This document shows, piece by piece, positions 11,501-23,705 of a stretch of DNA of 64,000 nucleotides; the stretch's first letter is position 1; every line of letters begins with the position of its first letter. The stretch is from contig OZ176054.1 of the NCBI GenBank assembly GCA_964247055.1, positions 13,454,001-13,518,000 of the forward strand, read 5' to 3'. The translations under genes and the position numbers were made by a program. Source of the stretch: Paragordius varius. Taxonomy: Eukaryota; Animalia; Nematomorpha. The notes below the pieces were generated by a model, which was given only the letters and a program-made list of their open reading frames with translations, searched no databases and was not told the origin of the DNA.

Positions 11501-14500
11501 ACCCAGCAAGAGCTTTCATCTTATCTTTGTAATTTGCAAAAATTTAGGTAATTGCGATAGTTCAAACCTTGGTCCAACTGCAATTTCAAGGTCTCAATGT
11601 TCCCTGGAAGCATTGAATAGCACATGCACGTATGAAATGTGTTTCTTAGACATACAAAATCCTTGCGGAATTATTCGGTATTGTTCAGATGCTTGTGCCC
11701 AGGGAGTGTTTTCCTATCCCCTACCAGTCAATATAATGTGCCGATGTAAGTAATTTTAATTACAGCAGTGAAATATAAGAAAGTGAGGGACAAATATTTT
11801 ATAAAGATAGGCATATTTATTCAAACATAACTTTATGGGTAGGACCTATCGTTTTGAGATGCGAGAAATTTGAAATATAGATGCAGATTGATAACACAGC
11901 CGAAAAACTGAAATTATAGCGACAAAATGTAAATACATAAAGACAAATATTTATTTCTAAAAGACAACCATACTTTTTATAATCTTATTTTTTTCTCATA
12001 TAAACTATTTAATTACAATTATATAGAATTGATTGTGTCACCAATATACATATCAATTTTATAAATTGCAATGTGAAACAATGAGTTTTATTTTAAAATG
12101 GAATTTAAAAAAGTATTGTTTTATTTTAGAAAATTTTTTTTTTATATTTTTACATTTTGTCCGTATAATTCCAATTTTCTGTGTAATATTTTACAATCGA
12201 ATATTTTTGTTGATTACAAATAGGCCTAAAAGTCTTTTTCATAACACTGAATTTTTTATATAATTATTAAATTGAAAATATCTGCATGTATGTCAGCAGT
12301 CGGACATTGTTTAAATATTATATGGTGCGCACGGCCTAATAAAATTAATATTTCCTGGCGAGAATTAGAAAAAATTGTTTCGTTTGCATTTTCCAGTTTG
12401 TATGTTTAAAATAACAAATTCCTAATGAAATATTTAAGCGACCCACGAGGCCATTTGTTTTGGACACCATTTATATAGAAAAGACCATATAGAGATGTAA
12501 AAAATTTACTTTTTTCCGTAAAATATTTAATTATTTTACTTTATAGATATTAAAACAGGGTTTTATAATTAATTTTCTTATAGCTTATTTTATCAAATCT
12601 ATGTTTTTGGCTTTGAATGGTTGGACCCTAACAATCAGTTATGAATCTATACGATCATCAATCATATTCGATCAAATAAAAATACTGCATCGCAATTCAA
12701 CTGGAATACGCAGAAATTTGATTCAAGTTAGTCTTTAGTTTGCGTGTATGTACAATTCGGTAATGAGTTTTAAAAAATTATATTTAATTTAATAACATTA
12801 AATTGGATATATGATTTGGAAAAATAATTTTTAAGTATACCATTTACACTTCAAATTGACTCTTGAACACTTCAACTCTTGAACAGTTCAAACTCACCCT
12901 TGAAAAATTCAAATCCTCGTAAAATTCGAATTCACCCTTGTAAATTCAAATTCACCCTAAAATAAATTATGTGTTTAAAGATAAAAATAGCTTACATTTT
13001 TTTATATTTTAAAAAATAAAATTTTTAAATTTACAAATTAAAAAATGAACTATGCCATAAAGATACATTTTAATGATTTATATTAGCCCGTATATGCACA
13101 TGATTTATTTTTAGGAAGAAATTGATTTGTTCAAGGGTAAATTTAAATTGTTCGAGTGTGATTGTGAATTGTTTGAGGGTGAATGTGAATTGTTCGATGG
13201 TGAATTTGAATTGTAAATGGTATATTTTATAAAAACATTATATTCGTAAACTTTTTTATGTAGAAATAATGACGGCGTGATAGGGATATTAGAACCCGTT
13301 GGTTGAAACGGTTTCAATTCCACACAAATTTTATTGAAATAAATCTCGTTCCAAATTTTTTACCATAATTGAGATTATAGTTCCATTGCTTTGTTGAACA
13401 AAAGACGGGCTCAATTCTTTGCTGATTTTAAAGCAATTTTTATGATTCAATTGGTTAAAAGATATGTAAAATATTTTTTTCAAAAAACAACCATACTTTA
13501 ATCTTGATTTTTTCTAATATAAATCATTGTTTTAAACTACAAATTATAATATAAATATAAATTGGTAACACAAACAATTATATATTATACGATTGTAATT
13601 AAATGTTTTATATAGGATAAATTAAGATTTAAAAAAGTATGGTTATCTTTTGAAAAAATTGTCTTTATATTTTTACATTTTCTCCGTATAATTTCAATTT
13701 TTAATGTAATCATGTGTACCTTTACCTTCTTTTCGAGAACCGCTTTTAGTTTTTCATTTCATTTTAAAAAGGTTTTAAGCTAATAATTTATTCATAAAAA
13801 TGATTATATTTAAATCGATCGGAGATAAATTTTATATAGTAAATTTATATTTCCTAAAAATCTTTTTACGTCCTTATACATTTAATAACTTATTAAAACA
13901 AACTTCTGATTAAATTAACAATGTGTCATTTTAACAATTCTTGACCTTTTGAGGTAGTTTTATACCCCGGGTCATTCAAAATTTAAATATCTTAAGTAAT
14001 GTTTGTAGCATATCCAAATTAAAAAAATGTTTTTTAAGCGCACGATACAAAATTATTAATAATTGTAAAAAAATGACCTAAAATTTTTTTGCAGCCATTT
14101 TTATCTTTTATTTTTTTCAATCGCTATTCAGTCAAATTTTATTTTTTGAAAATATTAATAATTAACTTTTGAAAGCTTTTAAACCACAATTTACCATATT
14201 TTTAATAGTTATTTATTGTAATATCATCTATTTGCTTTAATCGTATTTTGAAGCTATCCGAATTTAGGACTATAGAAGTTAAAAAATATTAAAACTAAGT
14301 GTTACATCTTATGCAGAAGGACAGAGTCTGGTAATTATATTTTTACTTAACAATTTTAAAACAGTAATTGGTTTTTATTAAGCTCTGGGTTAAATACTCC
14401 GTCCACGCGTATAGTAAATTAAAATATGACAATTAAATCACTCTAAAATCACAAAAATATTTAGATGAGTTTGAATTATGATTAAAAGGAGATAGTTTAT

Positions 14501-16728
14501 TTGTAAAATTGGGAATATATTGTTTTTCGCTTATTGTTTTTTGGTCTGTTTTAAAAACATCTATTGAACTCACATAGTCTCATTGGTTTTCTAAAATTTG
14601 GCTCTAAAGGCATGCTGTATCGATATAGTGACGCAGTTATATGCTAGCCCCCTACCCAGAGGCCATATAAAAAGACGATCAATAATATTTTTTGGCTTTA
14701 TATGGGAATACATGGAATCATTATTCATTCCAAATGTTCTAAATAGTTTATGGTAGAATGGCGCTTCAAAACTAAATAATAGTTCAATGATAAGGGCATT
14801 TTTAGGGCGTAAAGGGCTTATTTAACCGCTAATTCAAAATAACCGCTCGACTTAAATTTTTGCCTTTTTACGGGTAATATTTCAGTTATAAAATTTATAT
14901 GGCCTGATAAGTTTTCTGAAAATTAACTCCTAAGCAACGCAATTTTGATATGGTGGCGCAGTTTTGGGCGGGTAGCTCCCTACCCAGAATACAAAAAAAG
15001 CGCTTGATTAAAAATTTTGCCTTTTTACGGAGAATACCTGGAATCATGATTGATTCCATATGCTCTCATTAGTTTTTGGAAAAGTTGCCCCAAAATTAAA
15101 AAATCATGCTATGGTGGGGCATTTTTCATGGCGTGAGGGCCTAATTAACGGCTAATAAAAAACCGCACGATATCTATTTTTGCCTTGTTACGGATAATAT
15201 TTTAAGTAGCTATAACCCAACGGCACATTTCGATATGACGGATCAGTTTGTAGGCGGGTTGCCTTTTAACAGGGAATACTGGATTTTTACAGTCTCATAC
15301 TTTGGGCGAAAAATAGACTCAAAAAATAATTGTGGACTTATTATTATTAAAAAAATGGCATTTTACGGGGGGAGCGGGTAAAAAGTGAAATTAAAAAAGC
15401 GATCCGACTATGTTCGGAGCAATCGAAAATCATATTTGAAATCGAATGGTCTAACACATTTTCGGGAAAATTGTTTCAAAGACACGATTTTTGTGGACTT
15501 CTGTTTTCAAAAAAACTCGTTTTTTACATGGGGTGGGCCGGGGGCTTATTTCAAAAAAGGGCGAAGCTATTGTCGGGGCATTCAATAATGATTATATTTT
15601 TCGACATTTGGATTTGAATGGGTCTACCCGTTTTCCGAAAACAGATCACAAAGCCACCACTTTCCATTTTTAAAAATATATATATTTCTTAAACTATTAC
15701 CAATTTTTTAAATTATTCATAGAGAGAAGACACTATAACACTAACCATTTCCAACAATGAAATAAACTGCTTTTCTTTCAAACTCTATGATGTCCACACA
15801 ATCGCATCGACTGCCTATGAATTTTGCTTTCTGCGGATAACAGGTAAATATATACAATAAAAAACCACCCTTTAAAAGCAATTTTAATATATACAGTAAA
15901 ATTTGAAATTATAGAGAAAAAAAAGATAAAATCTTTAAAAAACACATATTTTATTTAAGCCACCATATTTTTACAATCTTAACCCCTATAATTTTCAAAA
16001 TTGTAATAATATTTGAGTTAATAAATAAGTGAAAAAATATGATTGTCGTTAAAAAACAAATTGTCGTTTAGTTTCCACGTTTTGCTTGTATAATTCCGAT
16101 ATTTTCCTGTAATTTTACACAAAATAACCAAAATGGCTAATACAATAAACATTGAAATTTTACGGACAAAACGTAAAAATATAAAGACAAATATTTTTTT
16201 TGAAAAGACAACCATTGCCAAATGTATATGAAATAGAGTTGTATATTGGTACACTTATTTATATATTATTATATATGCAATTATAATTCAGCTAAAATTA
16301 TATAAATTTATTACAATATTTCGATTACTACAAGTAACTTTGTCAAACGTAAAAAATAAAATTAAAATATAAACTAAAATTTAAAGTATTTAGTAAAAAA
16401 ATTATATAATTGTAAATATATAATATATGTAAGAATAGATTTAAAAAAGTATGGGGTTGTCTTTTGAAAAAATAAGATTGTCTTTATATTTTTACCTGTT
16501 TTCCGTATAATTATGATAGAAAGAAAGTTTATGAACTTGGTAACTGTGGAATCCAAACCTTTTGCAACAGGAGGAATGAATTTTCTTTGTGGAAAATGTT
16601 TTAAAGACCATTTGAACGAAAATTTGGGTAGCTATTTACCCAAATGCATAATGTGTGCAGAATTGGAAGGGAGCTTGGCTTACAATGTAACTCGCATCTT
16701 AGATAACATGAGAATATATCATATTTAA
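8569..16728 (+). CDS. Secreted multi-exon orphan protein (about 332 aa): signal peptide, beta-rich N-glycosylated module, Cys-rich module, C-terminal CxxC pair
   Basis: Phase-consistent GT-AG exons 8569-8632, 9468-9598, 10627-10759, 11548-11745, 12584-12726, 15723-15843, 16520-16728 total 999 nt. Begins MIGLYVVIGCVILCEA|VTLPTG; exon 4 holds 8 Cys; the last exon has CGKC and CIMC. The 3' end is uncertain (possible donor at 16687). Confidence 0.65.
8826..9085. mobile_element. Tc1/mariner-type MITE, family A (reference copy)
   Basis: TA|CAGTAAAAACTGAAATTATACGGACAAAACG...GTCCGTATAATTTCAATTTTACTG|TA. TIRs of about 80 bp, TA target duplication, no ORF. Confidence 0.9.
9137..9376. mobile_element. 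MITE family A
   Basis: TA|CAGTAAAAATTGAAATTATACGGAC left TIR; eroded right TIR ending TTACTG. Confidence 0.85.
9632..9871. mobile_element. hAT-type MITE with 8-bp target site duplication
   Basis: CAGGGGTGTCCAAC...GTACACCCCTG termini; flanks ATCTTTAC and ATCTATAC match 7/8. Confidence 0.85.
10365..10610. mobile_element. MITE family A (degenerate)
   Basis: Internal body and right arm (TTTTACGTTTTGCAGGTATAATCTC) are recognisable. Confidence 0.6.
11149..11427. mobile_element. MITE family A
   Basis: TA|CAGT...ACTG|TA with full TIRs. Confidence 0.9.
11900..12184. mobile_element. MITE family A
   Basis: Inverted arms present; outer termini eroded. Confidence 0.75.
12840..13220. mobile_element. 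Foldback MITE family B, arms built of 21-bp tandem units
   Basis: TATA|CCATTTACACTTCAAATT...GAATTTGAATTGTAAATGG|TATA. The arms repeat TTGAACAATTCAAATTCACCC. Confidence 0.85.
13455..13707. mobile_element. MITE family A
   Basis: Body and right TIR intact; left TIR truncated. Confidence 0.7.
14610..15260. repeat. Degenerate tandem repeat, unit about 290-325 bp, 2 units plus a partial
   Basis: GATATRGTGRCGCAGTT...CCCTACCCAG...TTTTGCCTTTTTACGG recurs at about 14622, 14947 and 15231. A related ATATGGTGGC motif recurs at about 6295, 6437 and 6575. Confidence 0.55.
16142..16512. mobile_element. MITE family A (abuts the acceptor of exon 16520)
   Basis: Inverted arms; another partial copy lies at about 15895-16010. 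Confidence 0.75.
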
Positions 16729-16776
16729 AAACTTTATTTATATATGTATATATATATATATATATGTATGTACATA

Positions 16777-17074
16777 CAGTAAAAATTGGAATTATACGAA
16801 AGCAAAATGAAAAAAATATAAATACATTTTTTTTTCAAAACAAACAACAACCATATTTTTTTATTATGCCTTAAATTTCGCCATATGAATTATTTTCTTA
16901 CAATCGTGAACTACATAATTGATTGTGCTACCAATTTACATTTTTCTTTTATATTTTGCATTTTAAAATGAGTTATATTTAAAAAAACCACATGCAAAAA
17001 ATATGTTTGTCTATGAGAAAAAATATTTGTCTTTATATTTTTACATTTTGTCCATATAATTTTAATTTTTACTG
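16777..17074. mobile_element. MITE family A
   Basis: TA|CAGT...ACTG|TA, next to a (TA)n run. Confidence 0.9.
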
Positions 17075-18118
17075 TATATTTATCGTTATTTTTATATTTA
17101 TATTTGCATTTGTCATTATTAATTATACTTTTTGGAGATTATGATATAAATAAATAAATCTGGTGTTAGAGTCAATTTTATAGATTTAAAATGAACATTA
17201 TTGACAATTAACATTTCGTACAAAAACTAACTTTTATTTTATTAAATCTTTAAATATAAAGCAAATTGTAAATTCAAACCTCGCTTCTCGATACTAATTC
17301 AATGATATTCAAACCACGGCTCTGTATTATTTTAAAAAATTGATTTATTTATTCCACTATAAATATCTTGAAATATGTCAAACAACTATGAAAATTGTAT
17401 CGGTATATGGTGCATTACCCTTGAGACATGATAATTATTTTTTGCGCCCTTTAAAAAATTACATGTGGACCACCGTTTTATATTAAACAAATCATGTTAA
17501 GGTAGTTAACCTGCTTAAAATAATATAATACTCACGATCATATTATTAACTGTCACGAGAGAAAGAGATTCCTTATTTTTTATAATTATTTATAATTTTT
17601 ATTCATTATATATGATCTTAACTGAAATGAAAATATTTAAAAGAAAGATTGTTTTACAAATGCCTCCCAGCAATTTTAATTAAACTTTAGTTTATCTATA
17701 GAGACTATAAAAAGCAGATTTCAAATGATTAAATATTTAATTGTAATCTGTGGTTTGTTTTGATGGTGTAGAATTAGATAAGGTTAAATAGGTATATTCA
17801 AATTACAAATTTAAATTACAGCAATTATTCAAAAATATTTTGAATGCCCCTTTTATCGATTCCACCCGATCACTCGTGGTGCTCATATACTTGAACAGAT
17901 AATTGAGTTAATAAAATTTTTCCTTCAATAACGCTCGATAATCCAAACTTATTTAATAAATAAGATTCTCTAAGCCATAGTTCCTTTATTGATAATAAGG
18001 TGCATATTGCTTTAAACCGCGGGAAATCTATAAAGATTAATTAAATTGTATATTCATATTATATGGAGTGTGAGGGCCATGTTCAAAGCTGCACAAATAA
18101 TATAAATTAATAAAATTA

Positions 18119-18397
18119 CAGTATAATAATTGAAATTATACGGACAACTAAAAATATAAAGACAAATGTTTTTTCTAGACAACCATACTTTTTTATATTT
18201 CATTTTAAAAAGATAACTCATTGTTGTTTTAAATTGCAAAGTATAAAATTGATATGTATATTGGTTAAATCACTTATATATTTTACAATTGTAATTATAT
18301 AATTTATGTGAGATTAAAATTTTTTAAAAGTATGGTTGTCTTTTAGAAAAAAGTATTTGTCTATATATATTTGTCCGTATAATTTAAATTTTTACTG
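18119..18397. mobile_element. MITE family A
   Basis: TA|CAGT...ACTG|TA. Confidence 0.9.
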
Positions 18398-18502
18398 TAC
18401 TTTCGAATAAAAAGATTATGAAATTCTAACTTAAAAAATGTCTTTATGATTCAGTGGTAACTATAATAATAAATAAAATCCGAAATTGAATATTACCACT
18501 TT

Positions 18503-18504
<2 letters not shown>

Positions 18505-18573
<69 letters not shown>
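18505..18573. repeat. (TA)n microsatellite
   Basis: Pure AT dinucleotide run of about 68 nt. Confidence 0.95.
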
Positions 18574-18579
<6 letters not shown>

Positions 18580-19513
18580 TCTTGTAGGAGGTGTTCTATC
18601 AATGATTATCAGGTTACGAATTGGAGCATTTGTGTGCTTGAATTATAATTAAAGGCATAAATTTGGATAATAATGCTAAAATGCATTAAAAAATATTTCT
18701 AACCACTTTTACTGATTATCATATGTAGTAGCAAGCGATACTTTAATAAAAAGTTATGAAAATAAAATGGCGGAAAAATAATTTGATGTTTGCAATATAT
18801 TTCTCAACACTTAATTTATTTATATTATTTTGCATAATTAATATATTAGTTAAAAGAAAAATAATTTATTGGAATCGCCTTTTTTAATAATTGCTTAATG
18901 CAAGGGCTTGGAATAACTAGATAATACTTTAGATCGAAGAGTTAAAGTCATCTCCAAAATTTTCTCGTTGATCATACTTTTTGACGCATCAACATTTTTG
19001 AGTTGAATATGGTTTGCAATCATTGTACATCTTGCCCTTTTTTATGGGGCATGTTTTGGGCTACTAAAAGGTATTTTGGCGAATATATATTTATCCAAAA
19101 ACATATTGAAAACTTAAATAATTAACAGTTTTGTAAATTATTCCGTCTAAAATTTGGATATATTTTACGCAATTGACACTTATCTGACTCTAGTAATGAA
19201 TATAAACCAAAATGCCTCTCAAAATTAAAATGCTTTTATAGTTTTTTAATGCACAAGGCACACAAAAACTATTTAATAAAATATTCTGATATAAATGTAT
19301 CACATCCTCATGGTGCTTAAATTTTGGAGACCAGACAAAAATTTAAAATCAAAAAAAGGTTATTTTTGAAAAATGGATATTTTGCTAATAATGTTTTGAA
19401 GCATGGTGGGAAAACGGTATAACACCTTTCAGATATTATAAAATCACTTTTCTATATTTTTCATAATGCTGAATATCCTAAGATTTATCGTTCACCTTCA
19501 ATTTAACCAAATA

Positions 19514-19796
19514 CAGTAAATTTTAAAATTATACACAAAACGTAAAAATATAAAGACAAATATTTTTTTCAAAAGACAAACATACTTTTTTATACCTTAA
19601 TTTTTCTCTTATACACATTTTTAAAATATATAATTGATTGTTTTACCGATCTACATATCGTTTTCATACTTTGCAATTGTTTAAAACCATTATTTATTTT
19701 TAAAATAATTAAAATTTAAAAAGTATGATTGTTTTATAGAAAAAATATTTGTCTTGATATTTTTACGTTTTGTCCGTATAATTTCAGTTTTTACAG
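19514..19796. mobile_element. MITE family A
   Basis: TA-flanked inverted arms. Confidence 0.9.
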
Positions 19797-20277
19797 TAAG
19801 ATAAAATAAGCCCCCTTATAAATCATTTTAAAAATTTAATTGTTCATTGGTTCTATGGGACAAACTTTGGGAAAATGCATATGTTGTTGCAACGTCAAAA
19901 AGCCCCAATATATTGAATATTATGAGAAAAAATCTCTTTAATTTTATAAAATTATCGAAATCTCCATGATTATTTAAGTCGGGCTTTTTATCAGAATAGA
20001 TAACCATAACAGAAACGATGCATTAATTTTTTACAATTACGTAATTTCATTAGGCTGCAAATATTTAATTAATAACATATAAAATAAGAAAAACATTTCG
20101 ATACGGCTTAAAAATATTATCCTAAATGGTTTGAAAAAAATCAATAATGATTTAAACGTTACAAAATTTTAGAAATGTATCATAGTAATATTGAATTCAT
20201 GTTTAAATATAATATGAGTGGAGAGGCACCCAATATAACTTTATTTATTATCAATACTAGTAATTACATTTACATAA

Positions 20278-21981
20278 CTAATAAATATATAGATTAATAA
20301 AATGTTTTATAGTATTTATCCATTTGATGCAAAAATTTGTAACACCGATTCTATATAACTGATTAAAGGTTAAATTGAAATAAAATGTTCCGTTTATATA
20401 AACATATTCCAACAGTTGAAGAAAAGACATGAGATTATATAGTAGGGATGTTGAAACATTTTTGACCACCAAAAATTCCCAAGTCATTTGGGCAATTGAG
20501 AGTGGTAACAAAAAACACACAAATTCCACTGATAAAATAATCATGGTTCTTATGTGTTCTTTGTTACGAAGCTCCTTTTTCCTCAGTAAACTTGAACGAC
20601 ACGGTATAATTTCATGAGTTGATAAATTTCGGGTATCAGGATTAGGGCTGATTTTGTTAACAGACCTAACATGCTCTATAGTGGGCCAAACCTTCGGGCT
20701 TCTTGAGAATTTTGTTTTATTTACAGAATTTGGGTTCAGATAAACCCCAAACGCATCATTTGTTTCACAATCCCCACCAATATTAGATGCATCAAAATAA
20801 ATTTCATTAGCTTGACAAGGTTTTGGTGTAAATTGTTGTTGTTGAGGATTGGAATGCTTTATATTATCGACAAATTTTATGAGCCAAAATTTGCATCCCA
20901 TAATTGTTAGGAAAGGCAAAATTCTCAAAAATACTTCGCGTATGATTTCATAAGCTATCGCTATGTAATACCATTTGGCATGGGGGTGTATTTTCCGCGT
21001 CCTGATAGCAAAAATATCAACGCCGTAATAATTAACAGTGGGTTTAGTTATGAATCGTGTTTTGGCCACATTTCTTCTAAGCTCTGGGGTCCATTGTATA
21101 CAAACTTTGAAAACTTCAAACCAATAGAAGACGGGTATGCAAAGCATACCACAGTAGAGAAATGTAAAAAGTAGGGCTATTCGCATTTTAGCTTTCGTTA
21201 TTAATGCCGTGTACATGAACGGTTTATAGATTGCAAAGAATTGATTCATAAAGTACAAAACAAAAATTCCATAACCAAAGTTAATCAGTGTTTTCGAGAT
21301 TATGAGGTGTATGTGAGCCAAATAAAAGTTCCAACCATATCGACCCCAGATATAATTTGTTATTGTGCTTGAATTTAATTTTATCAACGGTGAAGGGATC
21401 ATAAACAGGGTGCTCAGTAAATTTGTGCCATAAAACCATTGTAACAAATAATTGTTGAAGGAAAGTTTTTTGCCAGATTTTGAAGCTTTCGGTGCATTGG
21501 GTTCAAAAATGGACGCTGTAAGATTAGAAAAACTCCAATCCGTTCCAGTATTTGAGGAAGTTACAAGTGTAATTTTTCGATTATCGATTTGGTTTCGCCC
21601 CAAATAATTCTTACCTTTGCTTCGTTTGTGGGGAACTACTGTTGTACCATGTGATTGTGACACAATTTTAATCGATTTCAACAATGGTTCCTGAACGGCA
21701 AAAGCCAATCCAATCCCATTCCCCAGTAAACCAAGAATGAATAAAAGTATACTCATAGTTTTATTAATGCAATGCATCCACGTATCCGGGTATAAATTTA
21801 TTGTATCGTATGAAACACAATGGTAATAACTTGGTCGTTCTCTTACCATTAAAGTCGTCTGTGTTTGCAAATCGTATGCCGAGCTAATATTTGTAATTTC
21901 CATCGCTGACAAGTTGACAAATTTTGATGTTAACGTTAAATTTATTGGGTTGTGGGCAAATTCCATTATATGATTAATCAT
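20278..21981 (-). CDS. Intronless divergent rhodopsin-class (class A) GPCR, peptide/FMRFamide/srw-like orphan receptor, 567 aa
   Basis: Longest ORF in the window, with seven hydrophobic segments: TM1 ILGLLGNG (GN motif); TM3 ending NQFFAIYKPF (DRY replaced by NQF, then A-x-x-x-P); TM5 LRILPF; TM6 FVCFLLP; TM7 followed by NQLYR (helix 8). N-terminal N-glycosylation sites. Confidence 0.85.
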   Translation of the reverse strand: MINHIMEFAHNPINLTLTSKFVNLSAMEITNISSAYDLQTQTTLMVRERPSYYHCVSYDTINLYPDTWMHCINKTMSILLFILGLLGNGIGLAFAVQEPLLKSIKIVSQSHGTTVVPHKRSKGKNYLGRNQIDNRKITLVTSSNTGTDWSFSNLTASIFEPNAPKASKSGKKLSFNNYLLQWFYGTNLLSTLFMIPSPLIKLNSSTITNYIWGRYGWNFYLAHIHLIISKTLINFGYGIFVLYFMNQFFAIYKPFMYTALITKAKMRIALLFTFLYCGMLCIPVFYWFEVFKVCIQWTPELRRNVAKTRFITKPTVNYYGVDIFAIRTRKIHPHAKWYYIAIAYEIIREVFLRILPFLTIMGCKFWLIKFVDNIKHSNPQQQQFTPKPCQANEIYFDASNIGGDCETNDAFGVYLNPNSVNKTKFSRSPKVWPTIEHVRSVNKISPNPDTRNLSTHEIIPCRSSLLRKKELRNKEHIRTMIILSVEFVCFLLPLSIAQMTWEFLVVKNVSTSLLYNLMSFLQLLEYVYINGTFYFNLTFNQLYRIGVTNFCIKWINTIKHFINLYIY

Positions 21982-23705
21982 GATTATTTACCAATTAATT
22001 ATTAATTTTATCACATAATTTTTGAATATGCACGTATAATATATGTAAGCACATCATAAATAATTTATGTTAAAGGAAGCCCCAAAACTTGTAAATACCT
22101 TGCGCGATTTATTGTAAAAAAATTATGTTTTTGCAAAAATATTTACAATTCAAAAAGAGTTGCTGTATTTAAAATAAGCGCTCAATATTTAGTTGGTATA
22201 GTTAAGAGGTACAAGGAAGAAAAAAACGTTTTTAATAACGTCAAAGGGTAATTAATTACTTAATTAGAGTTCACTTTTTTTCCTTATATATAGACTGATA
22301 TGAATGCTTTGAAAAATGAAATTGATAGAAAATAGGAAATCTAAATTTAACGTATATTGCGTTTTTAATAATTATCCAAAAATAACATGATAATAATATT
22401 ATTAATATTATCATTATGATATGGGGGTACTGCTAAATTTTAAAAGTATATCATATTTATTTGATTATATTTGAAATTAAAAAGAATAACCCATAAAAAT
22501 ATGAAAATGTTTAAATTTAAACTTTCTTAAAAATATATCACAATTATATTTATGTGTCCCTTCACATTATATGTGTATACAATTCAATAGATGTTTGATT
22601 TAAGAGATCCAAAACGTTGGAAAATGGGTGTAGTGAGCAAAATAATGGTATTAATTAGAGTTTAAAATCAGGCTATTTGTTTGACTTAATACATAATAAA
22701 AGCAAAAATAATTTTTCTTTTCATGTCACAAAAAAAGATATTGTTCGGATAATCGCGTATTCCTATTATATAGAATGGTATGAAAATAATATCTTAATAA
22801 AAACGGTCATTTTAATTCTGTGTATTATAAAGCAGTTGTAACTAAAAATCATGAATGGTCAAATATCATATTTTTTGTCTCAAGGGTCGTGTACCATATA
22901 ATGCGACAAAAAATGCATTGCTGCTTACATATACACATATTATTATACTCAAAATAAGTAGTTCCCAGCCTATTATTGTTCACGCCCCCCAGATTGAAAA
23001 AATTCTTGCGCCTTTCCTGCTCTCAAGAAAATAAAAATGAAAAATTTATTATAGTATTATAAAAATCTCATTGGAGATCCTTTTATCTGCGATTGCTGAA
23101 ATAATTTCTGCATATCGAGGACAAATATTGATAAATTGCATCTAAATCCTTATTAATCTACACTTTGTTTCTAGTTATATTTTTAATTTCAATTTATCGC
23201 GTCCCCTAGATTTTTCTACGCCCCTATTGCAACCACTGCTCTAAATCACTACTAAAACTAGATTTTTTGTTTGCGGGCCGCATATTAATCCACACCTGCC
23301 AATTAGTTTAATAATAAAAAATATTTTGATAAATTAATATCAATCACTTAAAAGAACATTTAATATAGAGGCATGTATGGTAATATAGTTAACATCATAG
23401 ACAAATCCTATTTAATATGTCGTTTATATGGCATCTAAGTGAACAAACATAATATAATAAACGCTGGCTTGTCTAAGTTAAGAGAACAGTAAATTTACCT
23501 TGTCTTATATTTATTGACTATTTTTAAAATAAACCTTTCTTTGAGTTTCGTTTAAATATAATATAGGTTTTTATCATTTTCCAATGCGATAATTATAACA
23601 AGATACACGGGTGAATGAAAATTACTAAATTAAAAACATTAAAAAGAGAATCTATTAATAAAATATCAAAACAGATAAAATTATCATTTATATTAGTATT
23701 AATTA

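Noticed and set aside
17278-17295. U2 snRNA 5'-like TCGCTTCTCG
   Set aside because: The match ends after 10 nt and no further U2 sequence follows.
17822-19110. Additional exons at about 17822-17930, 17880-18030 (minus) and 18900-19110
   Set aside because: These are open stretches of 35-50 codons with plausible acceptors on either strand, but no phase-consistent chain or recognisable motif.
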